Assembly: GCF_035084215.1 (NCBI RefSeq)
Contig: NW_027139442.1
Coordinates: forward strand, 1,488,001 to 1,552,000
Reading direction: 5' to 3'
Length of the DNA stretch: 64,000 nt
Source of the DNA: Heptranchias perlo
Lineage: Eukaryota
This document shows, one piece after another, positions 13,722-25,722 of this stretch. The notes under the pieces were generated by a model. It was not told the DNA's origin, ran no database searches, and worked only from the letters and a program-made list of their open reading frames with translations. Numbering within the stretch: the first letter of the stretch is position 1; the number at the start of each line of letters is the position of its first letter. The translations under genes were made by a program, and so were the position numbers.

Positions 13722-14500
13722 CGCGCGCGTGTATGAGTGATTCATTCTGTTTCTGTTTGTATCTGGTGCTGTAAGTGAGTGAGATATTCATTCCATACCT
13801 CTTAATTTCTGATACAGTATGTGAGTGATATAAATTCTGTATCTGTCATTCTGTACCACAGTGTGTGAGTGCGGCATTCACTCTGGATCTGCCAGTCACT
13901 GGTACATTGTGTGAGCATGGGATTCATTGTACATGTCAGTCTCTGGCACTGTATCTGAGTGTGAGATTCATTCATTATATTTAAGTAAATTGTATCTCCG
14001 TTTATTGTACGGCATTCAAAACTGTACTTTAATACCTTAATGTATGAATATTTTCCCCAGTCTTTTATTGGTAGATACTGATACACTTCAAAATGTAATG
14101 TTGCAGGTTATAATCAGAGCATGTGGGCACTTTTTGGAATTCTATTAAATCTGTATCGATGGAAACACAATTCTGATTTGGTGTGTCTTCCAAACTGATA
14201 TGGTGACATTTTTGAACTTGTATATAATGTGTAGCTCAGTCTGTGTGAATGGAATACTGTATATTTCAGTCTGAATCTGTGTCAGTTTTTTTGTAGTGAT
14301 ATGTAATGTGTAGATCAGTCTGCACCAATGGAATTGATAATGTATCTTTCAATCTGACATTATGAGATATTTGGTCTGGTATGTTAAGTGTAAATCAGCC
14401 TGCACTAATGTAGGTGACTGTGAGATTCATTTGGGATCTCTCAGTCTCTGGTACTGTGTGTGATTGTGGGATAGATTCTGTATCTGTCACACTCTGGTAC
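11850..14500 (+). repeat. Alternating 46-bp (11850-12340, 13315-13980) and ~82-bp (12500-13315, 14080-14420) satellite blocks
   Basis: Same units as the arrays at 8395 and 9050. Confidence 0.85.
13676..13735. repeat. (TG)n(CG)n compound microsatellite
   Basis: About 19 TG followed by about 8 CG; uninterrupted purine/pyrimidine alternation. Confidence 0.95.
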
Positions 14501-14509
14501 TCTATGTGA

Positions 14510-16070
14510 GTGCGGGATTCACTCTGTATATACCTTCTCTAGTACTGTGTGTGGGATTCATTCTGTATATACCTTCTCTAGTACTGTGTGTGGGATTCAT
14601 TCTGTATATACCTTCTCTAGTACTGTGTGTGGGATTCACTCTGTATATACCTTCTCTGGTACTGTGTGTGGCATTCAGTCTGTATATACCTTCTCTGGTA
14701 CTGTGTGTGGAAATTATACTGTATATACCTTCTCTGGTACTGTGTGCAGGATTCACTCTGTATATACCTTCTCTGGTACGATGTGTGGGATTCACTCTGT
14801 ATATACCTTCTCTGGTACTGTGTGTGGGATTCATTCTGTATATACCTTCTCCAGTATTGTGTGTGGGATTCACGCTGTATATACCTTCTCTGGTACTGTG
14901 TGTGGGATTCATTCTGTATATACCTTCTCTCGTACTGTGTGTGGGATTCACTCTGTATATACCTTCTCCAGTACTGTGTGTGGGATTCACGCTGTATATA
15001 CCTTCTCTAGTACTGTGTGTGGCATTCAGTCTGTATATACCTTCTCTTGTGCTGTGTGTGGGATTCACTCTGTATATACCTTCTCTGGTACTGTGTGTGG
15101 AATTCACTCTGTATATACCTTCTCTAGTACTGTGTGTGGGATTCATTCTGTATATACCTTCTCTAGTACTGTGTGTGTGATTCACTCTGTATATACCTTC
15201 TCTAGCACTGTGTGTGGGATTCATTCTGTATATACCTTCTCTAGTACTGTGTGTGGGATTCATTCTGTATATACCTTCTCTAGTACTGTGTGTGGGATTC
15301 ATTCTGTATATACCTTCTCTCGTAATGTGTGTGGGATTCACTCTGTGTATACCTTCTCTGGTACTGTGTGTGGCATTCAGTCTATATATACCTTCTCTGG
15401 TACTGTGTGTGGAAATTATACTGTATATACCTTCTCTGGTACTGTGTGCAGGATTCACTCTGTATATACCTTCTCTGGTACTATGTGTGGGATTCACTCT
15501 GTATATACCTTCTCTGGTACTGTGTGTGGGATTCACTCTGTATATACCTTCTCTGGTACTGTGTGTGGCATTCATTCTGTACATACCTTCTCTATTACTG
15601 TGTGTGGCATTCACTCTGTATATACCTTCTCTATTACTGTGTGTGGGATTCACTCTGTATATACCTTCACTAGAACTGTGTGTGGGATTCACTCTGTATA
15701 TACCTTCTCCAGTACTGTGTGTGGGATTCACTCTCTATATACCTTCTCCAGTACTGTGTGTGGGATTCATTCTGTATATACCTTCTCTTGTGCTGTGTGT
15801 GGGATTCACTCTGTATATACCTTCTCCAGTACTGTGTGTGGGATTCACTCTCTATATACCTTCTCCAGTACTGTGTGTGGGATTCATTCTGTATATACCT
15901 TCTCTTGTGCTGTGTGTGGGATTCACTCTGTATATACCTTCTCTAGTACTGTGTGTGGGATTCACTCTGTCTATACCTTCTCTGGTACTGTGTGTGGGAT
16001 TCACTCTGTATATACCTTCTCTGGTACTGTGTGTGGGTTTCGGTCCATATAAACCTTCTCTAGTGCTGTG
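14510..16070 (+). repeat. 39-bp minisatellite, about 40 homogeneous copies
   Basis: Unit GTACTGTGTGTGGGATTCA(T/C)TCTGTATATACCTTCTCT(A/G). It produces the 13-aa-periodic ORFs in the ORF track. Confidence 0.97.
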
Positions 16071-17679
16071 TGTGTGTGTTGTATTATTTCCACATATGCA
16101 GTTTCTCATACTGGAGGTTAGTTTTGGATTCTTTCTGTATCTCAGTCTCAGGTAGCTTGTGTGAGTGTGGGATTCATACTTTACCTGTCAGTCTCTGGTG
16201 CTGTGTGTGAGTGTGGGATTCACTTTTTGTATCTGTCAGTCTCTGGTATTGTATGTGAGTTTGAGATTCCTTCTGCATGTCTCAGTCTCTGGTACGGTAT
16301 GCGAGTGTGGGATTCATTCTGTGTCTGTAAAATTATTCTCTCTGTTTATATTATAGCGTTCAAAAATTTAGCTTTAATATCTTAATGTTTAAATAGTTTT
16401 TCTCATTATTTAATTTGTAAATATGGATGCACTTTCGGATAAGATGCTGGAGGTTTTTAATCAGATAATTTGTGTGCTTTTTGGACTATGATTAAATCTG
16501 TATCTCTGAACACAAATTTGTATGATAATGTATCTTTCAAACTGATTTGATAACATTTTTGGACTGCTGTGTAATGTGTATCTCAGTCTGCACTAATAGA
16601 ATTGATACTGTATCTTTAAATCTCATACCATGAGTGTATTATAAACTGATATCTAATTTGTTTCTCATGTTACGCTGTCACAGCATTTCTCAATCTGTCA
16701 CTGTATGAGAGTTTTGGACCTGTATGCAATTTGTATCTCATGCTACACTATTCAAATGGATACGACATGTATTAAACTCACATGTGTGTGAGAGTTCTGG
16801 TCAAGTATTCAATTTGAATCTCGGGTTATATTATTGCAATTCATTCCGTACCTGTCTGTGTCTCTGTGAATGATAACGTACCTACTGTGTGTGAGGAGGA
16901 GCTGGCTGCACTGTTCCTTGTGCCTAGGATGGAGGAAGCATCACATTTATTCTTGGCCCTTCAAGTATTTTTCTGTCAGAAGAAAAAAGTAACTGTTGTA
17001 ACTCCAGAACCAGTGAGGTAGAAAATACAAAAGTGATAAGTTCAATAGCTCTGTTAATGATAATTATGTAAATCAGCGATACAAAGAGTGTCAGTGTCTG
17101 ACTCCACTGCAGGACTGCAGCACTCAGCTTCTGCACACCAGGTGTGTTGGGCTGTTTTACAACAATTTAGTGACATCCAGACTCAACCCAACCCCCGCAC
17201 TGATCTATGAATGGGACTACCCGATGGGGCGGGGACTTTGTACAGGTCAGGTTTCTAATTCCCTCTCCCAGGAGAATAACCTTTCAACAGAAATATAACA
17301 GCAGTTGTTTAAATTGTGTCCTTCACACTTCTCACCTGGTGCCTTCAATAGATGCTCTTTGTATAAGTCCACACATCATTACTGTCCGGCTCTGTTTCCA
17401 CTCTTCACTCTCCAAAAACAACAAACAGGGTGAGACTGGAACAAAACCTGGAACATTCACTACTGGTCTGGAGAGAGAAAGCAGCAATGATTTTAAATAG
17501 CAGTTTCTTCCCATTCTGTCTCCCTTCCCCTGGACACACCCTGTACACCCACAGCCCGAGAATGACCTCTCCCTTCCCCCTCTCACTCCATGTTCCGGGA
17601 CAAGTTCCTGATCCACTCCGCCTCTTACGAAAAGCCCCCGGACTTCCCCTGACCTTCCCCCGGACTCAATGCCGATCTC

Positions 17680-17920
17680 TGAGCCCATCTGCGGACACGG
17701 TCCCGAAGCGATGAGCTGCTGTAACTATGCTGCTCTTTGCTCCCTTCCCCCGGGGGCCGTGATCTCTCCATTCCCGGCTGTTTTAAACCATCCTCTTCCG
17801 CTCACTGAGGGAATGGCCCCAATATGCCGAGGAGGGGGAGGGGAGCGCGCATGCGCTCTTCCACTCACCAACAAGCAGCGCGGGGGGCGGGGCTGAGTCA
17901 CGCATGCGCAGATATCTGGT
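17680..17920. promoter_or_regulatory. CpG-rich promoter-like module (two NRF1-type GCGCATGCG motifs and a GC box)
   Basis: GCGCATGCGC, GGGGCGGGGC, CGCATGCGCA. Inverted copies at about 36000-36250 and 53050-53300. Confidence 0.55.
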
Positions 17921-20399
17921 TTAATTCCCAATACAAAAATCGATGGAAACTTTCCCCAATTGGAATTTTTCAGAGTCTGAGCAAAGGAAGTGGGGCAGGG
18001 GGAAAGGTCAGAGGGAATGGGGTCCACAGGCAGTGCAGGAACAGGCACCAGAATGGGAAACAGATGGGATTCCACCAGTGACTAACGCTGGAATCCAGAC
18101 TGACTTTACAATCTCTAACTATTAAACTAGATGTTTCCATCCCTGCTGTTTCTCTCGGTATCTTTTGATGGTAAAGGGCCTTTCATCGATAAAATGGGCG
18201 GGTGTGAAATGAGCCAATGGATTCTGTTCATTCTTGGCCCCATTAACCATTAATTAACGTGTGACTCCGAAACTGGATGCAGGATTTCTCAAAACAATCC
18301 TGGAGAAAAATGGGATGAAAGTCGGAGTCCGTGTATTTGCTGGGAGCGTGTAGGATTAATATCTGACAGCAACAGTCCCATATTAATATAATCAGATTGA
18401 AACTCTCGGTCACTGAGAGTAATAGCGAACGGCCCTGATCTGCAAAACCGAATGTAGTACAACAGGCAAGAGAGGGTTAAATTCGGCCCACATTGTTTTG
18501 GTCACTCTCTGCACTGTCCCTGAGTGTGGGATTAATAGTGTGTCCGTCTCTTGTATATCAGTGAGAGATAAGACTACATCTTCTGTCTCTACAACGGGAA
18601 TTTCTGGATGAAACGCAACTTTACAAGTCAGTCTGGATCTGATACTGTTGAACTGTGCCTCTCCGCTCGCTCTGTCATAGTATCTGTCTCCCTTTCTCTC
18701 TCACTCTCCGGTGCTGTATCTGAAGGTTGGATACTGCTATTGAGCGTGATATGAACATACTGATAGGAAGTGTAAGACTGACGGTGTGTGTCTTGCTTTC
18801 TCTCTCGAGTGCTGTTTTTGAAGGTGGAATACTGTCTGATATAAAACAGAGAGAATGGGGTGTCCAGGCCACACCGTAACTGGGGATGTGTTCGGCTCCA
18901 GTCCCAGTTCATGGTCATAACCTTTTCACAGATTCAGGGTGAGAGTCTCTGTGAGACGGTAAAACTGGCGGAGAAAATCCGCTTCACAATTCAAACCCCA
19001 ACACATGAGATTCGACAAATCAGCTGGAATAAGAACTTTGTAAACTGCTAATTAAGAGAGTGGATTTTCCGCTTTGGCGGTGGAGTAAGTCGGCGATAGC
19101 GGATCGGGCCCCTATTGTTCACTACGCCTGATTTTACTATCCATTGCCACCAATGAGTTCACTGAAGTAACTGATATCAATCCAATACTTCAAATAAATT
19201 TGGAAATAACAGACAGGAATTATATTTTATCCAAAAAATGCTTTTTTGAGAAATAATACAAGATGTGATTCGAACATGAAATGGTTTGCTGTTATTAGTC
19301 GGGAAATAATATGATTTCAATATTAAATGTTTAATCCTGTAATGAATAAAATCAAATGCTCCATTTCGGTTGATGATTATTTCCCATCACACACACTGCC
19401 TGGTGGGATGGACTGAGGGTGAGCTGTCAGGGTCAGACAGCGTCCTGTTCATTGGGACATTTGTTTTGACCAGAACAGAATAACAATGGACCAACACCCG
19501 GACCGTTACTAACTGGTAAAATATTAATGTAATTTCAAACTCCAGTGGGGAGTTCCGGAGATCGTTTCCTCTCTGAGCTGCTATGCAGCAATGTTTACTC
19601 ACTGCAGGGAGTTTAATGGGACATGAAGCTGGGCCTGGTTACAGAGATCTATAAGGAAACCTCCTGATACATTTCTGAGACGATCAGGGGTCGGGAGATT
19701 TCACACGGCCGCGGCAGGCCATGGGAAAGCTCTCCTGCTCCTCCTTGCCCCACAAAATATGAGTTAAAAAGAAACTTCTCAGTGTTCTGGACCACTCAAT
19801 GCCCATCGAAAGGGCGGCTCCTCCAACCATTTTTAGCCAGCATTAAATGGTTTCCCGTGTACGTCATAATACTCTGATTTACATATTACAATTGGCCAGA
19901 CCGGAAACAGGTGGGTGTTGCTCGGGCCGCTCTTCTCAGGACATGACCCACGATGGTGGAGGCAGGAACGCCACCGTTAAAGGGGCGGTAATGACCTGAC
20001 ACCATTTACAAGCCTCGACCACCCTATTTCCGCCAGGCGAGGATACTTAAAATCGGCCACACCTTTCCTGACCTACGCCCTAGAATGAATCTTCGAAGCC
20101 CACAAGCTGGTCCATTTTCTCAAATTGCATCGGTTCATAACACGTGGAGGGAAATTTTCAGCATCGCTGGGGACTGAACTGGTAGAGCCGATCACCCGCC
20201 CCTTACAGAACCGGCCCGATTTTAATTCTTGCTCCGTCAGTTTACCTCCCAAGATGTGAAGGTGAAATTACCCCCTACGTCTCTGACCCCAAGGTTCGAC
20301 AGGTGTGTGAAAGACATCAGACAGTGTTTGCCAAACACTAACATGAATGTGGGCGAATGGATCCTTGTATTCGGGTAAAACCTGATAACCCACCCAACG

Positions 20400-20885
20400 G
20401 AGACTGGACCCCTATACCGTGGTGTCGAAGAGGAGTTCATCCCCAACAGCTCGGTAACACAGGTCGCTGTCCTCTATGGGCAGTTGTCCAAGATGCACAA
20501 CGAGACAGATATCAACAGCTGCTGGAAGACCATCAATTCGGTCAAGGAGGCCCTTTGTTCCCCCGAAACTTGCTGGTCTTCCTGCCGAGGGAACTGTCCG
20601 CGGCCAAGTGTTGGCCACTGGCACAATCCAAGGTCCAGTATTTCATGCTGAGGTGCAAACTGAAGCGAGGTGCGGCCGACACAAAGGCTTTATTGGGAAA
20701 GGCAAACGTGTAAGGCTATCCCACCTTGTATTGTACAGCATGTGTTAGAAGATATTTACTGTGTTTTGACTTGTAATAATGGAATCGTATGATGTGTATT
20801 GTATTTGTTTTGAATTGTAATTGTAATATTTACATTGAACTGTGTGTATTCATGAATTTTATGAAATAAAGTATATTTTGAAATA
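20400..20885 (+). mobile_element. Tx1/L1-clade-like LINE 3' fragment
   Basis: Decayed ORF2 C-terminus (DINSCWKTINSVKEALC, RNLLVFLP, LAQSKVQ), then an AT-rich 3' UTR ending AATAAAGTATATTTTG. Confidence 0.55.
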
Positions 20886-21469
20886 TTAAATAAAGTTCCA
20901 GTCTCACTATTTCTCTTCTTATTGGACACTGAAGAGTGGAAACCGACCCGAATCGTAAAGATGTTGGAAGTTATGCAAATATCATTTATTGCAGGCATCA
21001 GGTGAGAAATAGGGAGTGTTTTCTTCAGGGTGAGAAACTAGGGACTGTGGAGGAGCAGAGGGGTTTGGGTGTCCAGGTACAGCAATCAATAAAAATAAGT
21101 GCACAAGTGTAAAAAATGAATGAAAGATCCCAATTTCTAGGCTGTCATATCCCAAGGTAGCGCTATCAGGTACTTTCCCAACTCTGTGGAATTTGCTGAT
21201 ACAATCAGGCCCCACTGCCTCCCTTGCTGGTCCATTCCATACATCCAGCGCACTCTGCATTAAAAAATATAGATTCAAGCATTCTGCTCATCCTGTGCCC
21301 CAGGTAGAGAAGACTGAGAGAGGCAGGAGGACCCAGACCATTAGCCTTATGTGACTTTGGACATTTCTGTTTTTAATTCAGCTTATTGAATTTGCAATTT
21401 ATCCACTTTTTTGTACATTTCTATTTTTATTTTTTGAACAAATTCTCCAAACCCTGTGCGCAGTGAGTG

Positions 21470-21850
21470 CTGACTCCGGGCCCTTTGATTGACAGCCCTC
21501 ACCTCCGCCCGCCTTCGTCCTGGGCTGACGCCTCCTATCACGTGACACGCGGCACCGTCTCTCACCTTTGCGCGCTGACATCGCGATGAGCACAGACATC
21601 TCCGGCCCGAGGGGCGCCGCGCATGCGCCGCGCGGTCCCTATGCCGCGTTCCTTTAGCAACAGGCGCGTCCCGGGAGGATGATGATGGCGGCCTCGGGTC
21701 GGAGGGCGGGCGGCCGCTGCTGTGGGCGGGGTCGAGACCGACAGAGGGAGGGTCGGCATCTGGAAGTGGCCTGGGCCCCGGGGCCTTGGAATGGCGCCGT
21801 GAGGCCGGCCCGGGCAACAGCTCCTCCGACTTCAGGCCCGATCGGCGTTA
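21470..21850 (+). promoter_or_regulatory. CpG-island promoter / possible first-exon relic
   Basis: High CpG density; TCACGTGAC E-box, GCGCATGCGC, GATGGCGGC (YY1-like) at ATGATGATG. No recognisable protein follows. Confidence 0.5.
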
Positions 21851-21859
21851 ATGGGGTCG

Positions 21860-22380
21860 CAACCCCCGGGACGGAGGGACCGAGACCCCGGGACGGTAGG
21901 ACTGAGACCCCGTGATGGAGGGACGGAGACCCCGGGATGGAGGGACCGAGACCCTGGAACGGTGGGACTGAGACCCCGGGACGGAGGGACCGCGACCCCG
22001 GGATGGTGGGACCGAGACCCCGGGATGGAGGGACCGAGACCCTGGAACGGTGGGACTGAGACCCCGGGATGGAGGGACCGAGACCCTCGAACGGTGGGAC
22101 TGAGACCCGGGGATGGAGGGACCGCGACCCCGGGATGGTGGGACCGCGATCCTGGGACAGCGGGGCGTCGACCCCGGGATGGAGGAACTGCGATCCCAGG
22201 GATGGAGGGACTGTTACCCCGCGGACGGAGGGAACGCGACCCCGGGAGGGAGGGGCCGTGAACCCGGGATGGAGGGACTGCGACCCCAGGGACGGAGGTA
22301 CCGCGACCCCAGGGACGGAGGGACCGCGACCCCGGGATGGTGTGACCACGAACCCGCGATGGAGGTATCGTGACCCCTGG
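21860..22380 (+). repeat. GC-rich 21-22-bp minisatellite
   Basis: Unit approx GACCCCGGGATGGAGGGACCGA, about 24 copies. Confidence 0.92.
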
Positions 22381-22444
22381 AGGGAGGTGGTCCTTGAGAC
22401 CGTCCATGCTCTGTTGTGAGGCCTCTGTGTGTGTCTTGCTCAGT

Positions 22445-22630
22445 TCGTGTTCTATTACATTGGCTCCCGGTGTGGCAATGCCTCGACTTTAAAATTGTCA
22501 TCCTCGTGTTCAAATCCCTCTATGGCCCTCACCCCCTCCCTATCTCTGCAACCTATTCCAGCCCTACAATCCTCGTGTTCAAATCCCTCCATGGCCCTCA
22601 CCCTCTCCCTATCTCTGTAATCCCCTGCAA
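22445..22630 (+). mobile_element. L2-clade LINE 3' fragment with internal tandem duplication
   Basis: LHWLPV..DFKIVILVFKSL motif; TCCTCGTGTTCAAATCCCTC occurs twice, 70 bp apart. Confidence 0.7.
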
Positions 22631-22679
22631 CCGATTTAATCTCCACCGACAACCGCATGTCTCGCCACCATCATTGCTC

Positions 22680-22960
22680 GGACTCTCAGTCCTGTATAAC
22701 ACACAGTCAGTGCTGGGACACTCAGTCCTGTTATATACAGAGTCAGTGCTAAGACACTCAGTCCTGTTATAGACACAGTCAGTGCTGGGACATTTAATCC
22801 TGTTGTAGACACATTCAGTGTTGGGACACTCAGTCCTGTTATAGACACAGTCAGTGCTGGGACATTCAGTCCTGTTGTAGACACAGTCAGTGGTGGGACA
22901 CTCAGTCCTGTTATACACACACTCAGTGCTGGGACACTCAGTCCTGTTATACACAGTCAG
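22680..22960 (+). repeat. 36-bp minisatellite, about 8 copies
   Basis: Unit ACAGTCAGTGCTGGGACACTCAGTCCTGTTATAGAC. Confidence 0.93.
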
Positions 22961-24290
22961 ATAAATAAATAACTGCAAACTAAGAATGAAATCTCCAGGA
23001 TGTGACGCTTTCCACCCCAGAGTTTTAAAGGAAACAGGTGGGGAAATTGCAGATGCATTCGTCATAATTTCCCAAAGCTCTCCAGACTCAGGAATTGTGC
23101 CTTTGGATATGAATGTTGAAAATGTCATTCCGTTTATTTAAGAAAGGAAGGAGGGAGAAACCAGGACAATACAGACCTGTCATTTTAACGTCGGTTGTGG
23201 GGAACTAACTGAAATCTATCATGAGAAAAAAAATGAGCTGGTCAAAGAGAGTCAACTTTGATTTGTGAAGGGCAGGTCATATCTGACTAATTTCGTTGGA
23301 TTTTTTGAGGAAACTAACAAGGTGGACAGGGGATTGTCTATGAAGGTTTTCTATATGGACTTACAGAATGCATTTGAAAAGGTTCAGCACAAGAGATTAA
23401 TGGAATAAATAAAAGGCACAAAATTGAAAGTGACCTTGTGACTTGGGTTGCAATTGGTTGGGAGGTCGGAGAAAAGAGTAAGGAGAAAGGGAATTTTCTT
23501 TGATTGGCGGGATATGACTAGTGGTGTCCCCATGGATCTGTACTGGGTCCTCAGCTTTTCACCATATTTATCAATAACTTGGATGAAGGAATAGAGAGTT
23601 GTAGATCCAAGTTTCCAGATGACACTAAGTTATGAGGCACAGTAAGTTGTGTAGATGGGAGCAGAAAGTTACAAAGGGAAATATTAAGTGAATGGACAAA
23701 CTGTGGCAGATGGAGTTCAATGTGGGGAAGTGTGAGATCATTCACTTTGGATGCAAAAAGGTAACATTGGAGTATTTTCTTAAAGTGAGAGACTGCGAAT
23801 GGTGAAGGAGCAAAGGGATTTGGGTGTCCATGGACACAAATCACTAAATGCTAGTGCACAGATGCAAAAAGCAACCACAGACTAATGGCATTTATCTCCA
23901 GTGTTGGAATACAAAGGGAAGGAAGTGATGCTTCAGTTCTACAGAGCCTTGGTCAGAGCCCATCTGTAGTACTGATCCTCACCAAGGATATATTGGCCTT
24001 GGAGGGGGGACAGTGCAAATTCACCACAATGATACTGGGCATTGAAGTGTTCAATTATGAGGACCGGTTGCATAAACTTGGTTTTACATTCCTTTCAGTT
24101 TAGTAGTTTGAAGGGTGATCTGATCCAGGGATTTAAAATGATAAAGGGATTAGAAGTGGTAGAAACAGAAACTATTTTCTATGGTGGGGGAATCCAGAAC
24201 AAGAGGACATAACCTTAAATTTAGAGCTAGGGCTTCTAGGATTGAAATCAGGAAGCTCTTTTTCACACAAGGAGAGTGGAAACCTGCTCA
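22960..24290 (+). mobile_element. Decayed CR1-clade LINE reverse transcriptase region
   Basis: [51 protein letters not shown] motifs with stops and frameshifts. Confidence 0.9.
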
Positions 24291-24627
24291 GGCTGATTGA
24301 ACTGGACCCTGTGATAAAATAGAATTTTATGTCCTGTCAGACTTGGATATCTTGAAGATCCATCTTTTAAAAAGGTGGAGGAGCTCAGTACGAAGATGTA
24401 TTCCACTCACGTCGTCATATGTCCTCCAACTGTTTCTTTTATCATCGAGATATGAACGTCAAAAACACTGTGTTTAAAAGAAAGCTGATTTATTTGACAC
24501 TTGTACAGAATACTAAACTGCAGCCCAGTTAAAGGGGGTCATTAACATCAGAAACAAACTCCAACTGTCAGAATGAACGTGGTTTAGTCCTGGATACAGC
24601 AATAACAGCAGAATCCAACTCCTGCAG

Positions 24628-25722
24628 TCACATGTGAACTCGCTGGTGACTCAGCAGGTGGGATGACTGAGTGAATCCCATCCCACACACGGAACAGGTG
24701 ATCGGCCTCTCCCCAGTGTGAATACGTTCATGTCTCATCAGATCCCATGTTCTTTTAAAGCTCTTCTCACAGTTAGAACATTTAAAGGGTCTCTTATCAG
24801 TGTGAACAAGTTGGTGTTCAATGTGGCCGGATGAACAAGTGAATTCCTTCCCACACACGGAGCAGGTGAATGGCCTCTCCCCAGTGTGAACTCGTTGGTG
24901 TGTCAGCAGGGTGGATGACTGAGTGAAGCTCTTCCCACACACGGAGCAGGTGAACGGCCTCTCCCCAGTGTGAACTCGCTGGTGTGTCAGCAGGGTGGAT
25001 GACTGAGCGAATCCCTTCCCGCAAAGGGAGCAGGTGAACGGCCTCTCCTTGATGTGAACTTGCTGATGTCTCAGGAGGTGGGATGATCGAGTGAATCGCT
25101 TCCCACACACAGAGCAGGTGAACGGCATCTCCCCAGTGTGGACTCGCTGGTGTGTCAGTAGGCTGGATGACCGAGTAAATCCCTTCCCACACACGGAGCA
25201 GGTGAACGGCCTCTCCCCAGTGTGAGTACGTTGGTGTGTCAGCAGATCATTTTTTCTTTTAAAGCTCTTCTCACAGACAGAACATTTAAAAAGACACTTA
25301 TCAGTGTGAACAAGTTGATGTTCAATGAGGTGGGAAGATTGAGAGAATCCGCTCCCACACACGGAGCAGGTGAACGGCCTCTCCCCAGTGTGAATTCGCT
25401 GGTGTGTCAGCAGGTTGGATGACTGAATGAATCCCTTCCCACACACGGAGCAGGTGAACGGCCTCTCCCCACTGTGAATGCGTTGGTGTGTCAGCAGATC
25501 ACTTTTTCTTTTAAAGCTCTTCTCACAGACAGAACATTTAAAAAGTCTCTTATCAGTGTGAACAAGTTGATGTTCAATGAGGTGGGATGACTGAGTGAAT
25601 CCCTTCCCACACACGGAGCAGGTGAACGGCCTCTCCCCTGTGTGTCTGTGTCGATGAGTTTCCAGCCGGGACGAGTAACTGAATCCCCTCCCACAATCCC
25701 CACATTTCCACGGTTTCTCCAT
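24628..25722 (-). CDS. C2H2 zinc-finger protein, 13 tandem fingers, no KRAB or SCAN domain evident
   Basis: 364-aa intact ORF of C-x2-C-x12-H-x3-H units with TGERPF linkers. AATAAA on - at 24489-24494. Candidate acceptor TTTTACAG near 26082. Confidence 0.9.
   Translation of the reverse strand: MEKPWKCGDCGRGFSYSSRLETHRHRHTGERPFTCSVCGKGFTQSSHLIEHQLVHTDKRLFKCSVCEKSFKRKSDLLTHQRIHSGERPFTCSVCGKGFIQSSNLLTHQRIHTGERPFTCSVCGSGFSQSSHLIEHQLVHTDKCLFKCSVCEKSFKRKNDLLTHQRTHTGERPFTCSVCGKGFTRSSSLLTHQRVHTGEMPFTCSVCGKRFTRSSHLLRHQQVHIKERPFTCSLCGKGFAQSSTLLTHQRVHTGERPFTCSVCGKSFTQSSTLLTHQRVHTGERPFTCSVCGKEFTCSSGHIEHQLVHTDKRPFKCSNCEKSFKRTWDLMRHERIHTGERPITCSVCGMGFTQSSHLLSHQRVHM

Noticed and set aside
8395-16070. Regularly spaced repeats as a CRISPR-like array
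   Set aside because: Head-to-tail tandem units with no unique spacers, no cas genes, and a eukaryotic context.
14464-16155. 238-501 aa ORFs with 13-aa periodicity
   Set aside because: By-product of a 39-bp repeat whose length is a multiple of 3; open in several frames on both strands and absent from paralogous units.
17205-17275. Possible tRNA-like fold (GGGAC...GGTTTC(T/A)AATCCCCTCTCCCA) repeated in the spacers
   Set aside because: Only a loose B-box resemblance; no convincing cloverleaf or A box.
19050-20240. Possible old MITE or non-autonomous DNA transposon fragments
   Set aside because: Could not identify paired TIRs or TSDs by eye.
21654-22419. Pro/Gly/Arg-rich ORFs on both strands
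   Set aside because: Translation of a GC-rich minisatellite.
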